This document shows, piece by piece, positions 9,334-19,608 of a stretch of 64,000 nucleotides of DNA. The notes under the pieces are model-generated. The model was not told the origin of the DNA. It saw only the letters and a list, made by a program, of their open reading frames with translations, and did no database searches. The stretch comes from Bacilli bacterium (GTDB taxonomy: Bacteria; Bacillota_I; Bacilli_A; ML615J-28; CAG-698): positions 64,399 to 128,398 of the forward strand of contig JAQUZE010000003.1 of NCBI GenBank assembly GCA_028691515.1, given 5' to 3'. Both the position numbers and the translations under genes were made by a program. Every line of letters begins with the position of its first letter. The first letter of the stretch is position 1.

Positions 9334-10414
9334 CTACGAACTCATAAACAGCATTAATATTTGTTGCCCACGAAGTTACAAGCCTAATAACAGATCTATC
9401 GTTATCAAGACTTTTCCATATTTCAAAATCATACAGCTTATTTAAATCTTTAATAATTTTATTATCAAGAATAATAAAATGCATATTTATATTTGATTCA
9501 ATAAAAAATTCAATATTGTCTTTTGATAATTCTTCTTTAAGGACGATACTTGCATCCACTGCATGTTTAGCTAATTTTAAATATAAATTATCCGTAAATA
9601 AACATTCATATTGCATAGCTACTAAATACCCTTTTGCTAACATACCACCATTTAATTTTATAGAATTTCTAAAATTATCTTTAAAAAATGAATTAACTAA
9701 AATTAAGGCTTCTCCAATCATTGCTCCATTTTTAGTACCTCCAATATAAAATGCATCAGAAAATTCAGCAAAATCATTTATAGTTAAATCATTTTCATTA
9801 CATGCTAATGCTTGTGCTAATCTTGCACCATCAATAAATAAATATAAATTGTATTTCTTACATACATCACTAATAGCTTTAATTTCTTTTTTTGTATAAA
9901 TAGTTCCTAATTCTGTAGCATTAGAAATATATACCATTTTAGGAACAACCATGTGTTCATCACAATTAACTAAAATTGCTTGAACAATTTCTTCAGGTAA
10001 TAATTTTCCATTCTTTCCTGGATAATATAAAATTTTATGTCCGTTTGCTTCAATTGCTCCCGATTCATGAACATTAATATGACCACTTTCTACAGAGATA
10101 ACTGCTTCATAAGGTCTTAGAACATGAGAAATTAATATTTTATTCGCACTTGTTCCTCCTGCTAAAAAATGGATATCAACATCTTGATCAATAAATTTTT
10201 TTATTAATAATTTTGCTCTTTCTGAATGTTTATCCAAGCCATATCCAATGTTTTGTTCATTTGCGTTATTTAGCATTAACTCCAAAATTTTAGGATGTGC
10301 TAATTCGCTGTAATCATTTCTAAAACTATATTTCATAAAAGCCTCCATCATTACTCTATTATAACAAACATAAGGCGATTTGTTAATATTGAAATAATAA
10401 ATTGAATCATACAA
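9305..10414 (-). CDS. ltaE: Low-specificity L-threonine aldolase (PLP-dependent, beta-eliminating lyase fold)
   Basis: FRNDYSELAHPKILE...HFLAGGTSANKIL...FIDGARLAQAL. Start probably at the internal Met. Confidence 0.7.
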   Translation of the reverse strand: MYDSIYYFNINKSPYVCYNRVMMEAFMKYSFRNDYSELAHPKILELMLNNANEQNIGYGLDKHSERAKLLIKKFIDQDVDIHFLAGGTSANKILISHVLRPYEAVISVESGHINVHESGAIEANGHKILYYPGKNGKLLPEEIVQAILVNCDEHMVVPKMVYISNATELGTIYTKKEIKAISDVCKKYNLYLFIDGARLAQALACNENDLTINDFAEFSDAFYIGGTKNGAMIGEALILVNSFFKDNFRNSIKLNGGMLAKGYLVAMQYECLFTDNLYLKLAKHAVDASIVLKEELSKDNIEFFIESNINMHFIILDNKIIKDLNKLYDFEIWKSLDNDRSVIRLVTSWATNINAVYEFVDDFRKLLYD

Positions 10415-10446
10415 TGTTCTATGTTAAAATAAAATAGATTATTGAG

Positions 10447-11835
10447 GTGAATAAAATGAAAAAAAATATTATTTTAGAGCTTAAAACTATTATTAGATTA
10501 CACCAAGGTGAAAATCTACGAAAAAAATTAACACAATATCATGATTATGATATTGCTAGTGTTTTTAAGGACCTTACACCCCAAGAAAGAAAAAAAATTT
10601 ATAACAGTTTAAGCATTCAAGAATTATCAGATTGTTTTGCTTATTTAGAAAACCCTAAACTATATATAGATGAATTAGACACTGAAAAAACAGCAGATAT
10701 TATTGAATTAATGGACTCAGATGATGCAATTGATATTTTAGAAGAACTAGATACTGAAGATAGAGAAGATATCATGCGTCTAATGGACAAAGAGTCTTTT
10801 GAAGATGTCCAACTTCTATTTTCATATGAAGAAGACACTTTTGGAAGTTTAATGACTACAAATTTTATAACAGTTCATAAAACAGATACAATTAAAACTG
10901 CAATGAAACAGTTAATTACTGAAGCAGCAATAAATGATAATATTTCTATTATTTATGTTTTAGATGAGGAAGATAAGTATTATGGATCTATTGATTTAAG
11001 AGATTTAATTATTGCAAGAGTAACACAAAATATAAGCGAAATAATTAAAACAAATTATCCAGTTTTGAATGTTAACGATAATATTTCTGAAAATATTGCT
11101 AACATAATAGAATATGATTTGGAAATTCTTCCCGTTGTTGATGAAAATCAAAAACTTGTCGGTGTTATAACCAATGATGATATTGTTGAAGCATATGATA
11201 AAGAAATGCAAGACGATTATGCTAAATTTGCCGGTATTAGTTCAGATTCAAGATTAGATGAAAAAGTTTTGACTTCTGTAAAAAAAAGAACACCTTGGTT
11301 ACTTGTTTTACTACTAATAGCTTTTCTTATCTCGTTTGTTACTTCTCAATTTGAAATTGTAATTATTACGTTACCAATTATTGTGTTTTTTCAACCTTTA
11401 GTTCTAGCAATGGCAGGTAATGCTGGAACACAATCATTAGCCGTAACTATTAGAGGAATAACAAGCGAAAACGAAATAAAACCCTTCAAATTAATATGGA
11501 AAGAATTAAAAGTAGGATTACTAAACGGATTAATATTAGGTATAGCTTCTTTTGCAACCATATTTCTTTATTTAATTTTATTAAAAGGTTCTATTCGCGT
11601 AGGTGAAGATTTCTCTTATGTGTTAGCTCTAAAAGCATCATCAGTTGTTAGTATTTCATTGTTTCTAGCAATAACTATTTCTAGTTTTGTTGGTACAACA
11701 ATTCCTTTGTTTTTCAACAAAATTAAAGTTGATCCAGCAGTGGCTAGCGGTCCATTAATTACAACTTTAAATGACTTATCTGCATTAGTATTCTTCTATG
11801 TGCTTGCAATAATACTGTTTAATATTGTTATGTAA
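10447..11835 (+). CDS. mgtE: Magnesium transporter MgtE (N-domain, CBS pair, TM domain)
   Basis: 462 aa. CBS region and C-terminal MgtE membrane motifs (AGNAGTQS...DPAVASGPLITTLNDL). Confidence 0.85.
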   Translation: MNKMKKNIILELKTIIRLHQGENLRKKLTQYHDYDIASVFKDLTPQERKKIYNSLSIQELSDCFAYLENPKLYIDELDTEKTADIIELMDSDDAIDILEELDTEDREDIMRLMDKESFEDVQLLFSYEEDTFGSLMTTNFITVHKTDTIKTAMKQLITEAAINDNISIIYVLDEEDKYYGSIDLRDLIIARVTQNISEIIKTNYPVLNVNDNISENIANIIEYDLEILPVVDENQKLVGVITNDDIVEAYDKEMQDDYAKFAGISSDSRLDEKVLTSVKKRTPWLLVLLLIAFLISFVTSQFEIVIITLPIIVFFQPLVLAMAGNAGTQSLAVTIRGITSENEIKPFKLIWKELKVGLLNGLILGIASFATIFLYLILLKGSIRVGEDFSYVLALKASSVVSISLFLAITISSFVGTTIPLFFNKIKVDPAVASGPLITTLNDLSALVFFYVLAIILFNIVM

Positions 11836-11878
11836 AACACAATAAATTTAGAATTTTAGACAAGAAAAGGATTATTTC

Positions 11879-12388
11879 ATGAATTTAAAATTAGTAAAGT
11901 TAAGCGATAAATATAAAAAACAATTATACGCAATGATGGATGAATGGACAAAACTCGAAAAAAAAATAATTCCTTGGGCCATAAACAAAGTTGATTATCA
12001 TAACTGGGATAACTATTTAAATAGTTTAGAAATAAAAGAATTTACTAATAATTATGTTCCAGATTCTACTTATTTTTGTTTAGATGAAGATAGAAATATT
12101 TTCATTGGTGCAGTAAACATCAGACATTATTTAAATGAAAAGCTACTAAAAAATGGTGGTCATATCGGAGATGGAATAAGACCATCTGAAAGAAATAAAG
12201 GGTTAGGAACTAAAATGATTAAATTGGCACTTGAAAAGTGTAAAGAATTAAAAATCAAGAAAGTATTAATGGTTTGTAATAAAAATAATGTTGCATCAGC
12301 AAAAACCATTATAAAAAATGGTGGCATTTTAGAAAACGAAATTATAGAAAATGATATCATTGAACAAAGATATTGGATTGAAATATAG
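11879..12388 (+). CDS. GNAT family N-acetyltransferase
   Basis: 169 aa. Acetyl-CoA binding motif region RPSERNKGLGTKMIKLALE. Confidence 0.6.
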   Translation: MNLKLVKLSDKYKKQLYAMMDEWTKLEKKIIPWAINKVDYHNWDNYLNSLEIKEFTNNYVPDSTYFCLDEDRNIFIGAVNIRHYLNEKLLKNGGHIGDGIRPSERNKGLGTKMIKLALEKCKELKIKKVLMVCNKNNVASAKTIIKNGGILENEIIENDIIEQRYWIEI

Positions 12389-12415
12389 TAATTCATTTAA
12401 ATATAATATAAATAT

Positions 12416-12448
12416 AAAAAAACACTCGTTTCTGAGTGTTTTTTTTAT
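12416..12448. terminator. Bidirectional rho-independent terminator between convergent GNAT genes
   Basis: aaaaacactcgtttctgagtgttttttttat. Confidence 0.6.
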
Positions 12449-12747
12449 AACTTAACATTATTATATCTATCAGATTCTGTAAATTTTTTTCGTACATAAG
12501 AACAAACAGCTTGAATTTTAAACCCGTTTTTCAAGGCGTAATCAACTAAAACTTCAAGTAAAATTGCAGCAATACCTTGTCCTCTATAATCGGGATTAAC
12601 AAAAGTATGATTAGCAATTAAATAGTTGCTTTTTTTTACAAAAGTAATTTCTCCAACTAGTTTATCACTTTCATTAATAAAAAATCTGTTTTCTTCTTTT
12701 TGAACTTTCATATAATTCTTTTTAGATTGTAAATGTTGGTTCTTCAA
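12445..12747 (-). CDS. Small GNAT-like acetyltransferase (YjdC-like single-domain)
   Basis: 100 aa. NPDYRGQGIAAILLEVLVDYALKNGFKI. It overlaps the ferritin stop by 26 nt, so the real start may be the internal Met. Confidence 0.5.
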   Translation of the reverse strand: MKNQHLQSKKNYMKVQKEENRFFINESDKLVGEITFVKKSNYLIANHTFVNPDYRGQGIAAILLEVLVDYALKNGFKIQAVCSYVRKKFTESDRYNNVKL

Positions 12748-13270
12748 ATACTCTTGCTAATAAATCCTTATTCATCATGTAAATTCCTTTTGAACCAATC
12801 ATATCAAAATGATTAATTAATTCATCAGCATTAGCTTCTTCTTCAATTTGTTCTTTTACAAACCAATCTAAAATCATTTTAGTACGATAATCTTTATCCT
12901 CAATTGCAGCTTCCATTAAATTATGAATTGAAGCAGTTACAAATTGTTCATGTTTTAATGCTTCTACTAATGGATCTTTCAATTCTTTAAATTCAACTTC
13001 AGGTTTAGCAATTGCTTCAAGAACAACCTTAGCTCCTATTTCTTTCATATAATCCATAAAAATATTTGCATGTGATACTTCTTCCTTAGCTTGAACAGTA
13101 AACCAATTTGCAAAACCATCTAAATTTTTATCAGCATAAAAATTTGCCATATCTAAATAAAGATATGCAGAAAACAACTCTTTATTTATTTGTTCATTCA
13201 ATAATTTTTCAACTTTTTTTGTTAACATATTAATATAAACCTCCTTGTTTACAATATTATTATAACTCAA
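12722..13270 (-). CDS. ftnA: Non-heme ferritin
   Basis: Ferritin-like diiron residues (NEQINKELFSAYLYLDMA...EEVSHA...). Start probably at the internal Met MLTKK. Confidence 0.8.
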   Translation of the reverse strand: MSYNNIVNKEVYINMLTKKVEKLLNEQINKELFSAYLYLDMANFYADKNLDGFANWFTVQAKEEVSHANIFMDYMKEIGAKVVLEAIAKPEVEFKELKDPLVEALKHEQFVTASIHNLMEAAIEDKDYRTKMILDWFVKEQIEEEANADELINHFDMIGSKGIYMMNKDLLARVFEEPTFTI

Positions 13271-13298
13271 ATATTTTTTAATTTCAAAAATAATGCTT

Positions 13299-13331
13299 TT
13301 AAAAAAATGATGAATTTAATCATCATTTTTC
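13299..13331 (-). terminator. Hairpin with flanking A/T runs overlapping the speB stop codon
   Basis: aaaaaaatgatgaatttaatcatcattttt. Confidence 0.4.
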
Positions 13332-14242
13332 TGTCTATGTAATAATAAAATCATTTCTCTCAAAATTTTACAAGCCACTGCTGTAGATGCACCGGACGCA
13401 TCATAATGTGGTGCTAATTCAACAATATCTGCCCCAACAATATTTTCTAATTTATCAAAATCTTGTACAGCTTCTAATAATTCCTTAAAGGTAATACCAC
13501 CAGGTTCTGGAGTTCCAGTCCCAGGAAAATATGCCGGATCCAAAACATCCAAATCAATCGTAATATATACAGGAACATCCTTTAATTTACCAATTGTTTC
13601 TTTTAAACCTACTAAATCAAATTTTCGAAGCTGAGTTTTTCCTTTGGACCATTCAAATTCTTCTCTATCTCCTGATCTAATCCCAAATTGAAATATTTTA
13701 TTATTACCAACTAAGTCATAACATCTTCTTAAAACTGTAGCATGAGATAATTTCATTCCAAAAAATTCATCTCTTAAATCAGTATGAGCATCCAGATGAA
13801 TAATATGAAGATTATTATACTTTTTAACTAAAGATCTAACTACTCCCAGACTTACAAGATGTTCTCCACCAATCATCATTGGTTTCTTATCATCATTGAT
13901 TATTTTTGTTGAAACTTGCTCAATAATTTTTAAACTTTTATTTACATCTCCTATTGGAAGATCAAGATCACCAATATCACAAGTATCAACATCTTTTAAA
14001 GACATATCAAAATACGGTGAATACCATTCTACACCAAATGAATCTACTCGAATAGCATTCCCAGCAAACCTAGTTCCTGGTCTAAATGAAGTTGTAGAAT
14101 CCATAGGACTACTAAAAATAACAACACTGCTATTTTTATAATTAGAAACGCAACTTTGAAATGGTATTTCTACTGTTTTATAAGTCATCCTCATCATACT
14201 CCTTACTCCAATTTTCTTGATCCACAACTTTAACTGTGTCAT
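13316..14242 (-). CDS. speB: Agmatinase (arginase/ureohydrolase family)
   Basis: HLDAHTDL and DLDVLDPAYFPGTGTPEPGG Mn-binding motifs. Its start overlaps speA. Confidence 0.85.
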   Translation of the reverse strand: MTQLKLWIKKIGVRSMMRMTYKTVEIPFQSCVSNYKNSSVVIFSSPMDSTTSFRPGTRFAGNAIRVDSFGVEWYSPYFDMSLKDVDTCDIGDLDLPIGDVNKSLKIIEQVSTKIINDDKKPMMIGGEHLVSLGVVRSLVKKYNNLHIIHLDAHTDLRDEFFGMKLSHATVLRRCYDLVGNNKIFQFGIRSGDREEFEWSKGKTQLRKFDLVGLKETIGKLKDVPVYITIDLDVLDPAYFPGTGTPEPGGITFKELLEAVQDFDKLENIVGADIVELAPHYDASGASTAVACKILREMILLLHRQKNDD

Positions 14243-15695
14243 CTTCTTGCTCAGTTAAAATACTAAATCCATTTTCAAAATAAAAATTAATCATATCCAC
14301 TACGTTTATATCAATAATTTCGCCAGGAATAACTATTGGAATTCCTGGAGGATAAATCATAATTGATTCTCCACTAATTTCTCCTATTGCATCATTAATA
14401 GAAACAAATTTCTTTGGTGCATGAAAAGCTACACGTGGCCTAACTTGCATTGTTGGAAAATGATATCTAAATTTTGGAAATGGTAATTTTTTATTTCCAT
14501 CATATAACTCACTTGAAAGAATAGCTAATGCATCAACTAATCTATCAATATCTTTCTTTATAGTTCCTATTGCTAGAATTGCTAATATTACATAAGTTTC
14601 CGCAAGTTCTAATTGAATATCAAATCGATCTCTTAAAACATTATAAAACCAATATCCAGGTTTGCCTAAATCAGCAATACTAATTAATAATTTAGTTTGA
14701 TCATAATCAAATGTGCCTTTTGCCTTAAAATAATTTTTATCAATTAATTTTATACCAGGAATTTTGTTAATTTTTTCTTTAGCATATTCTGACAATTCAA
14801 TAACAGCATCAAGTTCTTTCTTTCCATTAAAATACATTTGTTTTCTAGCAACATCTAAGCTTGCAAGCATTATAGACGAAGGACTAGTTGATTGCAAAAT
14901 ATTTATAACAACTCTAATTCTATTATAATCAACTCTGTTTCCTTTAGCTAGCAAAACAGATGTTTGAGTTAATGAGCCTAATGTTTTATGAAATGATGCA
15001 GAAGACATATCTGCACCTGCCTCCATTGCTCCAATAGGAAGTTTATCATTAAATGATAGATGCGAACCATGTGCTTCATCAACTAAAACTAACATATTAT
15101 TATCATGGGCTATATCTACAACACTCTTTAAATCAGTACAAGCACCAAAATAAGTAGTATTTATAACAAATACTGCTTTAGCATCGGGATTTTCATCTAT
15201 TGTTTTAATTAAGTTATCTATTGTAAAACCATTTGATATTCCTAATTCTTCATCTATAATTGTTGGTAAAAAAATAGGAATAGCTCCACTTAAAATCAAT
15301 CCACTAATAATTGATTTATGAGTATTTCTTGGTAATATTATTTTCTCATGAGCTCTAACCACGGTTAGAATCATTGTAATAATGCCTTGGGTTGTTCCAT
15401 TTAACAAGAAATATGCTTTATCAGCATTAAAGGCATCAGCCATAAGATTTTGTGCTTCTTTAATAACACTTTGAGGCCTGGATAAATTATCTAATCCTTT
15501 GGGAGCATTAACATCATATAAGAATACTGAATCGCCAAGCGCATCAGTTAAATCATTTTTAATCCTTCCTCTTTTATGGCCAGGAACGTCTAAAGGATTA
15601 ATATCTTTTTCTGCATATTCTTTTAAAGCTGTAAAATATGGTGTTTTTTTATGATCCATTTGCAACCTCCAAATTCTTAAATGTAATAAAAACAT
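14178..15695 (-). CDS. speA: Arginine decarboxylase, Orn/Lys/Arg decarboxylase family I (Bacillus SpeA-type)
   Basis: MDHKKTPYFTALKEYAEKDINPLDVPGHKRG... PLP family. Likely start at the internal Met near 15659. Confidence 0.8.
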   Translation of the reverse strand: MFLLHLRIWRLQMDHKKTPYFTALKEYAEKDINPLDVPGHKRGRIKNDLTDALGDSVFLYDVNAPKGLDNLSRPQSVIKEAQNLMADAFNADKAYFLLNGTTQGIITMILTVVRAHEKIILPRNTHKSIISGLILSGAIPIFLPTIIDEELGISNGFTIDNLIKTIDENPDAKAVFVINTTYFGACTDLKSVVDIAHDNNMLVLVDEAHGSHLSFNDKLPIGAMEAGADMSSASFHKTLGSLTQTSVLLAKGNRVDYNRIRVVINILQSTSPSSIMLASLDVARKQMYFNGKKELDAVIELSEYAKEKINKIPGIKLIDKNYFKAKGTFDYDQTKLLISIADLGKPGYWFYNVLRDRFDIQLELAETYVILAILAIGTIKKDIDRLVDALAILSSELYDGNKKLPFPKFRYHFPTMQVRPRVAFHAPKKFVSINDAIGEISGESIMIYPPGIPIVIPGEIIDINVVDMINFYFENGFSILTEQEDDTVKVVDQENWSKEYDEDDL

Positions 15696-15749
15696 TATAT
15701 ACTATTTTAAAAATAATACAACAATTTTAATTGAACAAAATTAACTAAT

Positions 15750-18218
15750 CTATTCAATAGCTTTCATTGAATCACTCATTTTAATACCCACAATTTTATA
15801 AAGCATAACTAAGTCAACCAAGATAACAATTGTTATAGTTGAAGCTATAGTTATCAAATAACTATAAATAGAAATAACTGAAGGAAATATCATTCCTGGA
15901 GAATTAGCAATCGATATTACAAATAGATGTAACAATTTACCAAGAACAAGACCAAAAGCTATACCCATTATTGATTGTATAATCATTTCTCTATAAATAT
16001 ATTTTGAAACTTCCCGGTTATGATAACCCAATACTTTTAATGTAGCAATTTCCTTTGTCCTTTCAGTAATACTAATATTAGTAAGATTATAAACTACTAT
16101 AATTGCTAAAACAATTGCGCCAGCAATTAAAATTACAACAACAAAACTCAATTTATCAATTAAGTTATCAAATAATTCCTTTGACTGATAATTAAAACTT
16201 ATATTATTAACAGAATCATAATCCAACAAATCTTCACTTAGACTATCATTTCCTTTAAATTCTTCTACTAATTTTATAATATAAGAAGAATTATGTAAAT
16301 CCGTTCCAAACACTTCTTTAAATTTCGTTCTCGTAAGGTATATATAATTGTTTAAATAATTATCAACTATTCCTGTTATTTTTAATTCATAATTATCTAT
16401 TCCATATTTAATTTCAACAATATCATTAATTTTTGATGAACTTACATTCGCTAATTGCTTAGTGATAATTACCGAATTATTATCTAATATTATATCTTTT
16501 TTTCCGTGTTTAATCGCAATGAATTCACTTAATAAATCTTTATCTTCATCTTCTATAACTATAAGGCCGAGAGAATACTCTGAGTTTTTAGTTAGAATTA
16601 CATTTGTTTTAAAGACAACTAAATAATTTTCAACAATAGTATTATCATTTAAAAATGCTTCTAATTCTCTATCTGGATTTTTCGTATTTAAACCTATAGT
16701 AAGGTCAAATTTTTCAATCTCTTCATATTGATTTTTAGTAACATTACTTAAAGAGTCTCCAAGCCCAAGCCCTGTTAAAAATAATGCACTACATCCTCCA
16801 ATTCCAATAATAACCATGAATAAAGACTTTTTATATCTAAAAACATTTCTTAGTGACGATTTCATATTAAATTTTAACCGCTTCCAGATAAAAGGTATTT
16901 TTTCTAAAAAAATTCTTTGACCAGGTTTTGGTGCTTTCTGAATGATTAACGTAGCAGTATTTGCTTTTAAAGTTGTTAATCCAGCAAATAATGTTGCTGA
17001 AAGAATTATTATAAACATTATTAAAGAAGAAAAAACAGTATATATCCAATTTAATTCTGTAATTAATTTTGGCAAATGATACATAGTCGCATAAGTATTA
17101 TAAATTAATTGTGGCAACGCTTGAAAACCTGTAAAAACCCCTATAATTGCACCAACTACACAAGCTGCAGATGAATATAAAAGATACTTAAAAATTATAC
17201 TCCCTCTACTATACCCCAAAGATTTCAATGTTCCGATTTGTGTTCTCTCTTCTTCTATCATTCTAGTCATAGTAGATAGAGCAACAAGTGCTGCAATTAA
17301 AAAGAAAAACAACGGAAAAACAGTTGCAATATCTGAAATTTTTCCAGAACTATTTTTCAAACTAACAAAACTAGCATTAGAATATCGATCTAGAATATAC
17401 CACATATTAGTAACTTCATCTATTTCTTGTTGAGATACTCCATAGTCTTTCATTTGATCAGTAACTTGATTTAATCTATCGATAGCCAAATCTTTCCCTA
17501 ATATAGAAAGTTTATCTTTTTCATTATTAATTAACTCTTTATAGTCATCTTTATAAGTATCAAAAGATTTGCCATTATTTATAGTTATATAAACATCAGT
17601 ATAATAACCAAAATCAAAATAACTAATATCAAAATACATAATTAAATTAAGTGTACCACTACCAACATTACTAAATTCTTTTTCATTAACATAATACCAA
17701 GGATTTCCAGCAATACCAACAACTGTATATTCTTTATCTCCATCATAAATTTTATCATTTATTTTAACATCAACGAAATAATTATTACTTCTTTCAACAA
17801 CAACTTCATTTTCAGTAGTTGGTAATTTCCCATCAATTAATTCAAGCTTTCCAATAAAAGAATTTTCTTCAAGAAAAGATAAGGGCAAATACTGAATTCT
17901 ACTAGTAGTTTTCTCAGAATTACAAAAAAGTATTTTATCAAATGAAACAAAAGGCATTATGTTTTCTGAATCAACAGAATTATTAATTTTAATAATATCT
18001 TCTTCAATAAAACCTAAATCGCTTTTCAACAAAATATCAGCAGTATTAGTGTCTTTATAATATTTATTCATAGTTAATCTAATATCCGGTGTTGTTGATA
18101 AAAGCCCGACCAAAAAAGCCACAGCTAATGCCACAATCGCTACAATGGAAAAAAATCTCGATAAATTATTCTTTATATCACGAAAAAGCATTTTAAAATA
18201 TGTCTTTTTCATTACCAC
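15750..18218 (-). CDS. ABC transporter permease, FtsX/MacB-like with two FtsX domains and a large extracytoplasmic loop
   Basis: 822 aa with multiple TM segments. Translationally coupled to the upstream ATPase. Confidence 0.75.
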   Translation of the reverse strand: MVMKKTYFKMLFRDIKNNLSRFFSIVAIVALAVAFLVGLLSTTPDIRLTMNKYYKDTNTADILLKSDLGFIEEDIIKINNSVDSENIMPFVSFDKILFCNSEKTTSRIQYLPLSFLEENSFIGKLELIDGKLPTTENEVVVERSNNYFVDVKINDKIYDGDKEYTVVGIAGNPWYYVNEKEFSNVGSGTLNLIMYFDISYFDFGYYTDVYITINNGKSFDTYKDDYKELINNEKDKLSILGKDLAIDRLNQVTDQMKDYGVSQQEIDEVTNMWYILDRYSNASFVSLKNSSGKISDIATVFPLFFFLIAALVALSTMTRMIEEERTQIGTLKSLGYSRGSIIFKYLLYSSAACVVGAIIGVFTGFQALPQLIYNTYATMYHLPKLITELNWIYTVFSSLIMFIIILSATLFAGLTTLKANTATLIIQKAPKPGQRIFLEKIPFIWKRLKFNMKSSLRNVFRYKKSLFMVIIGIGGCSALFLTGLGLGDSLSNVTKNQYEEIEKFDLTIGLNTKNPDRELEAFLNDNTIVENYLVVFKTNVILTKNSEYSLGLIVIEDEDKDLLSEFIAIKHGKKDIILDNNSVIITKQLANVSSSKINDIVEIKYGIDNYELKITGIVDNYLNNYIYLTRTKFKEVFGTDLHNSSYIIKLVEEFKGNDSLSEDLLDYDSVNNISFNYQSKELFDNLIDKLSFVVVILIAGAIVLAIIVVYNLTNISITERTKEIATLKVLGYHNREVSKYIYREMIIQSIMGIAFGLVLGKLLHLFVISIANSPGMIFPSVISIYSYLITIASTITIVILVDLVMLYKIVGIKMSDSMKAIE

Positions 18219-18919
18219 TCAATCTCCTCAACAGAAACAGGATTTTCCTGCACAGACATAGATGTAATTTTACCATTTTTAACATAAATAACTCTATCAG
18301 CCATTTTAGTAATAGCTTGATTATGTGTAATAATAATAACAGTTTTATTATTTAACCTACTTGCTTCTTTCAAAATTTTTAATATTCTTTTCCCAGTTTC
18401 ATAATCAAGAGCACCTGTAGGTTCATCACACAAAAGAATTTTTGGATTTTTTGCAAGTGCTCTTGCAATTGCAACTCTTTGTTGCTCTCCTCCAGATAAT
18501 TGCGATGGAAAATTCTTAGTTCTTTCACTTAAACCTAAATTTTCCAGTGTATCAAAAGGATTAAGTGGATCCCTACATATTTCAGAGGCAATTTCAACAT
18601 TTTCAATTGCTGTAAGGTTTGACATTAAATTATAAAACTGAAATATAAACCCAACATCATGACGTCGATAATTTGTTAATTCTTTTCTATTCATCCTAGA
18701 AATATTAACACCATCTAAATAAATATCACCAGAAGTACATGTATCCATGCCTCCAAGTAAATTCAAAATTGTAGTTTTGCCAGCACCACTAGGTCCACAA
18801 ATTACTACAAACTCACCCTCGTTAATACCAAAATCTACATCATTAACAGCATTAATAATAATTTCTCCAACTTTGTATTGTTTTTTTACATTCACTAATT
18901 TTACAAAGTCTTGCTTCAT
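18212..18919 (-). CDS. ABC transporter ATP-binding protein (MacB/LolD-like)
   Basis: Walker A GPSGAGKTT, signature LSGGEQQRVAIARAL, Walker B LLCDEPTGALD. Confidence 0.9.
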   Translation of the reverse strand: MKQDFVKLVNVKKQYKVGEIIINAVNDVDFGINEGEFVVICGPSGAGKTTILNLLGGMDTCTSGDIYLDGVNISRMNRKELTNYRRHDVGFIFQFYNLMSNLTAIENVEIASEICRDPLNPFDTLENLGLSERTKNFPSQLSGGEQQRVAIARALAKNPKILLCDEPTGALDYETGKRILKILKEASRLNNKTVIIITHNQAITKMADRVIYVKNGKITSMSVQENPVSVEEIEW

Positions 18920-18937
18920 GATTACCCCTCCAATCCT

Positions 18938-19513
18938 TTATATTTTTTCACAATTGATTTCTTTAATTTCTATTATATCTTCTTCATCTAATGCAATTGA
19001 CAAATAATAATTTTTATATTTATAAGTCCTTATAAAGCCATGATCAATATTCAAGAATTCGCTAAAAGAAATATTATTATTTACTAACTTATAATAACTT
19101 TCAAATTGATTCCATTTTTCTAATACTTGCTCTTTAGAATAACTATGTAAATTATATCTTTTTTTAAATCTACAAGATAAATCTCTTAACATTTCAATAT
19201 CAACTCCAACATTATGTTTAGAAACAGCACAACATGAATAGTTATTACTGTGTGAAAAACTAAATTTGTACTCGCACTTCTCAATAAATGGTTTTTTTTC
19301 ATCTAATGAAATATTTAATCTGTCAATATTGCCAACTTCATTTTCTAAATATTTTATAAGCAACAATTCACAACCGGCCATAAGTTTTTTATCAATATCA
19401 TTATGAAATAACGCTATCTTATCATAATGATATTTTGACAAAACATGAAGATGTTTTTTATAATCTAAATTTGTAATATCACATATTAAAATTGTTGTCA
19501 TAATTTTCCTCAC
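18938..19513 (-). CDS. 4'-phosphopantetheinyl transferase, Sfp/EntD superfamily
   Basis: 191 aa. FSFSHSNNYSCCAVSKHNVGVDIE matches the PPTase motif (FN.SHS...G.DIE). Confidence 0.65.
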   Translation of the reverse strand: MRKIMTTILICDITNLDYKKHLHVLSKYHYDKIALFHNDIDKKLMAGCELLLIKYLENEVGNIDRLNISLDEKKPFIEKCEYKFSFSHSNNYSCCAVSKHNVGVDIEMLRDLSCRFKKRYNLHSYSKEQVLEKWNQFESYYKLVNNNISFSEFLNIDHGFIRTYKYKNYYLSIALDEEDIIEIKEINCEKI

Positions 19514-19582
19514 ACATTTTTATATTTGTTTCTATACCTTATTTTAACAACTTTTAATTAAATTGCAATGAACAAATAATTA

Positions 19583-19608
19583 AAAAAGGATTCTTATAGA
19601 ATCCTTTT
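19583..19608 (-). terminator. Rho-independent terminator downstream of the pit operon
   Basis: aaaaaggattcttatagaatccttt. Confidence 0.55.

Noticed and set aside
10415-10446. M-box (Mg2+) riboswitch upstream of mgtE
   Set aside because: The intergenic region is only ~32 nt, too short for the ~160-nt M-box.
15750-18919. BceAB-type bacitracin-sensing transporter
   Set aside because: No adjacent two-component system. The permease has a MacB/FtsX-like duplicated architecture rather than the 10-TM BceB layout.
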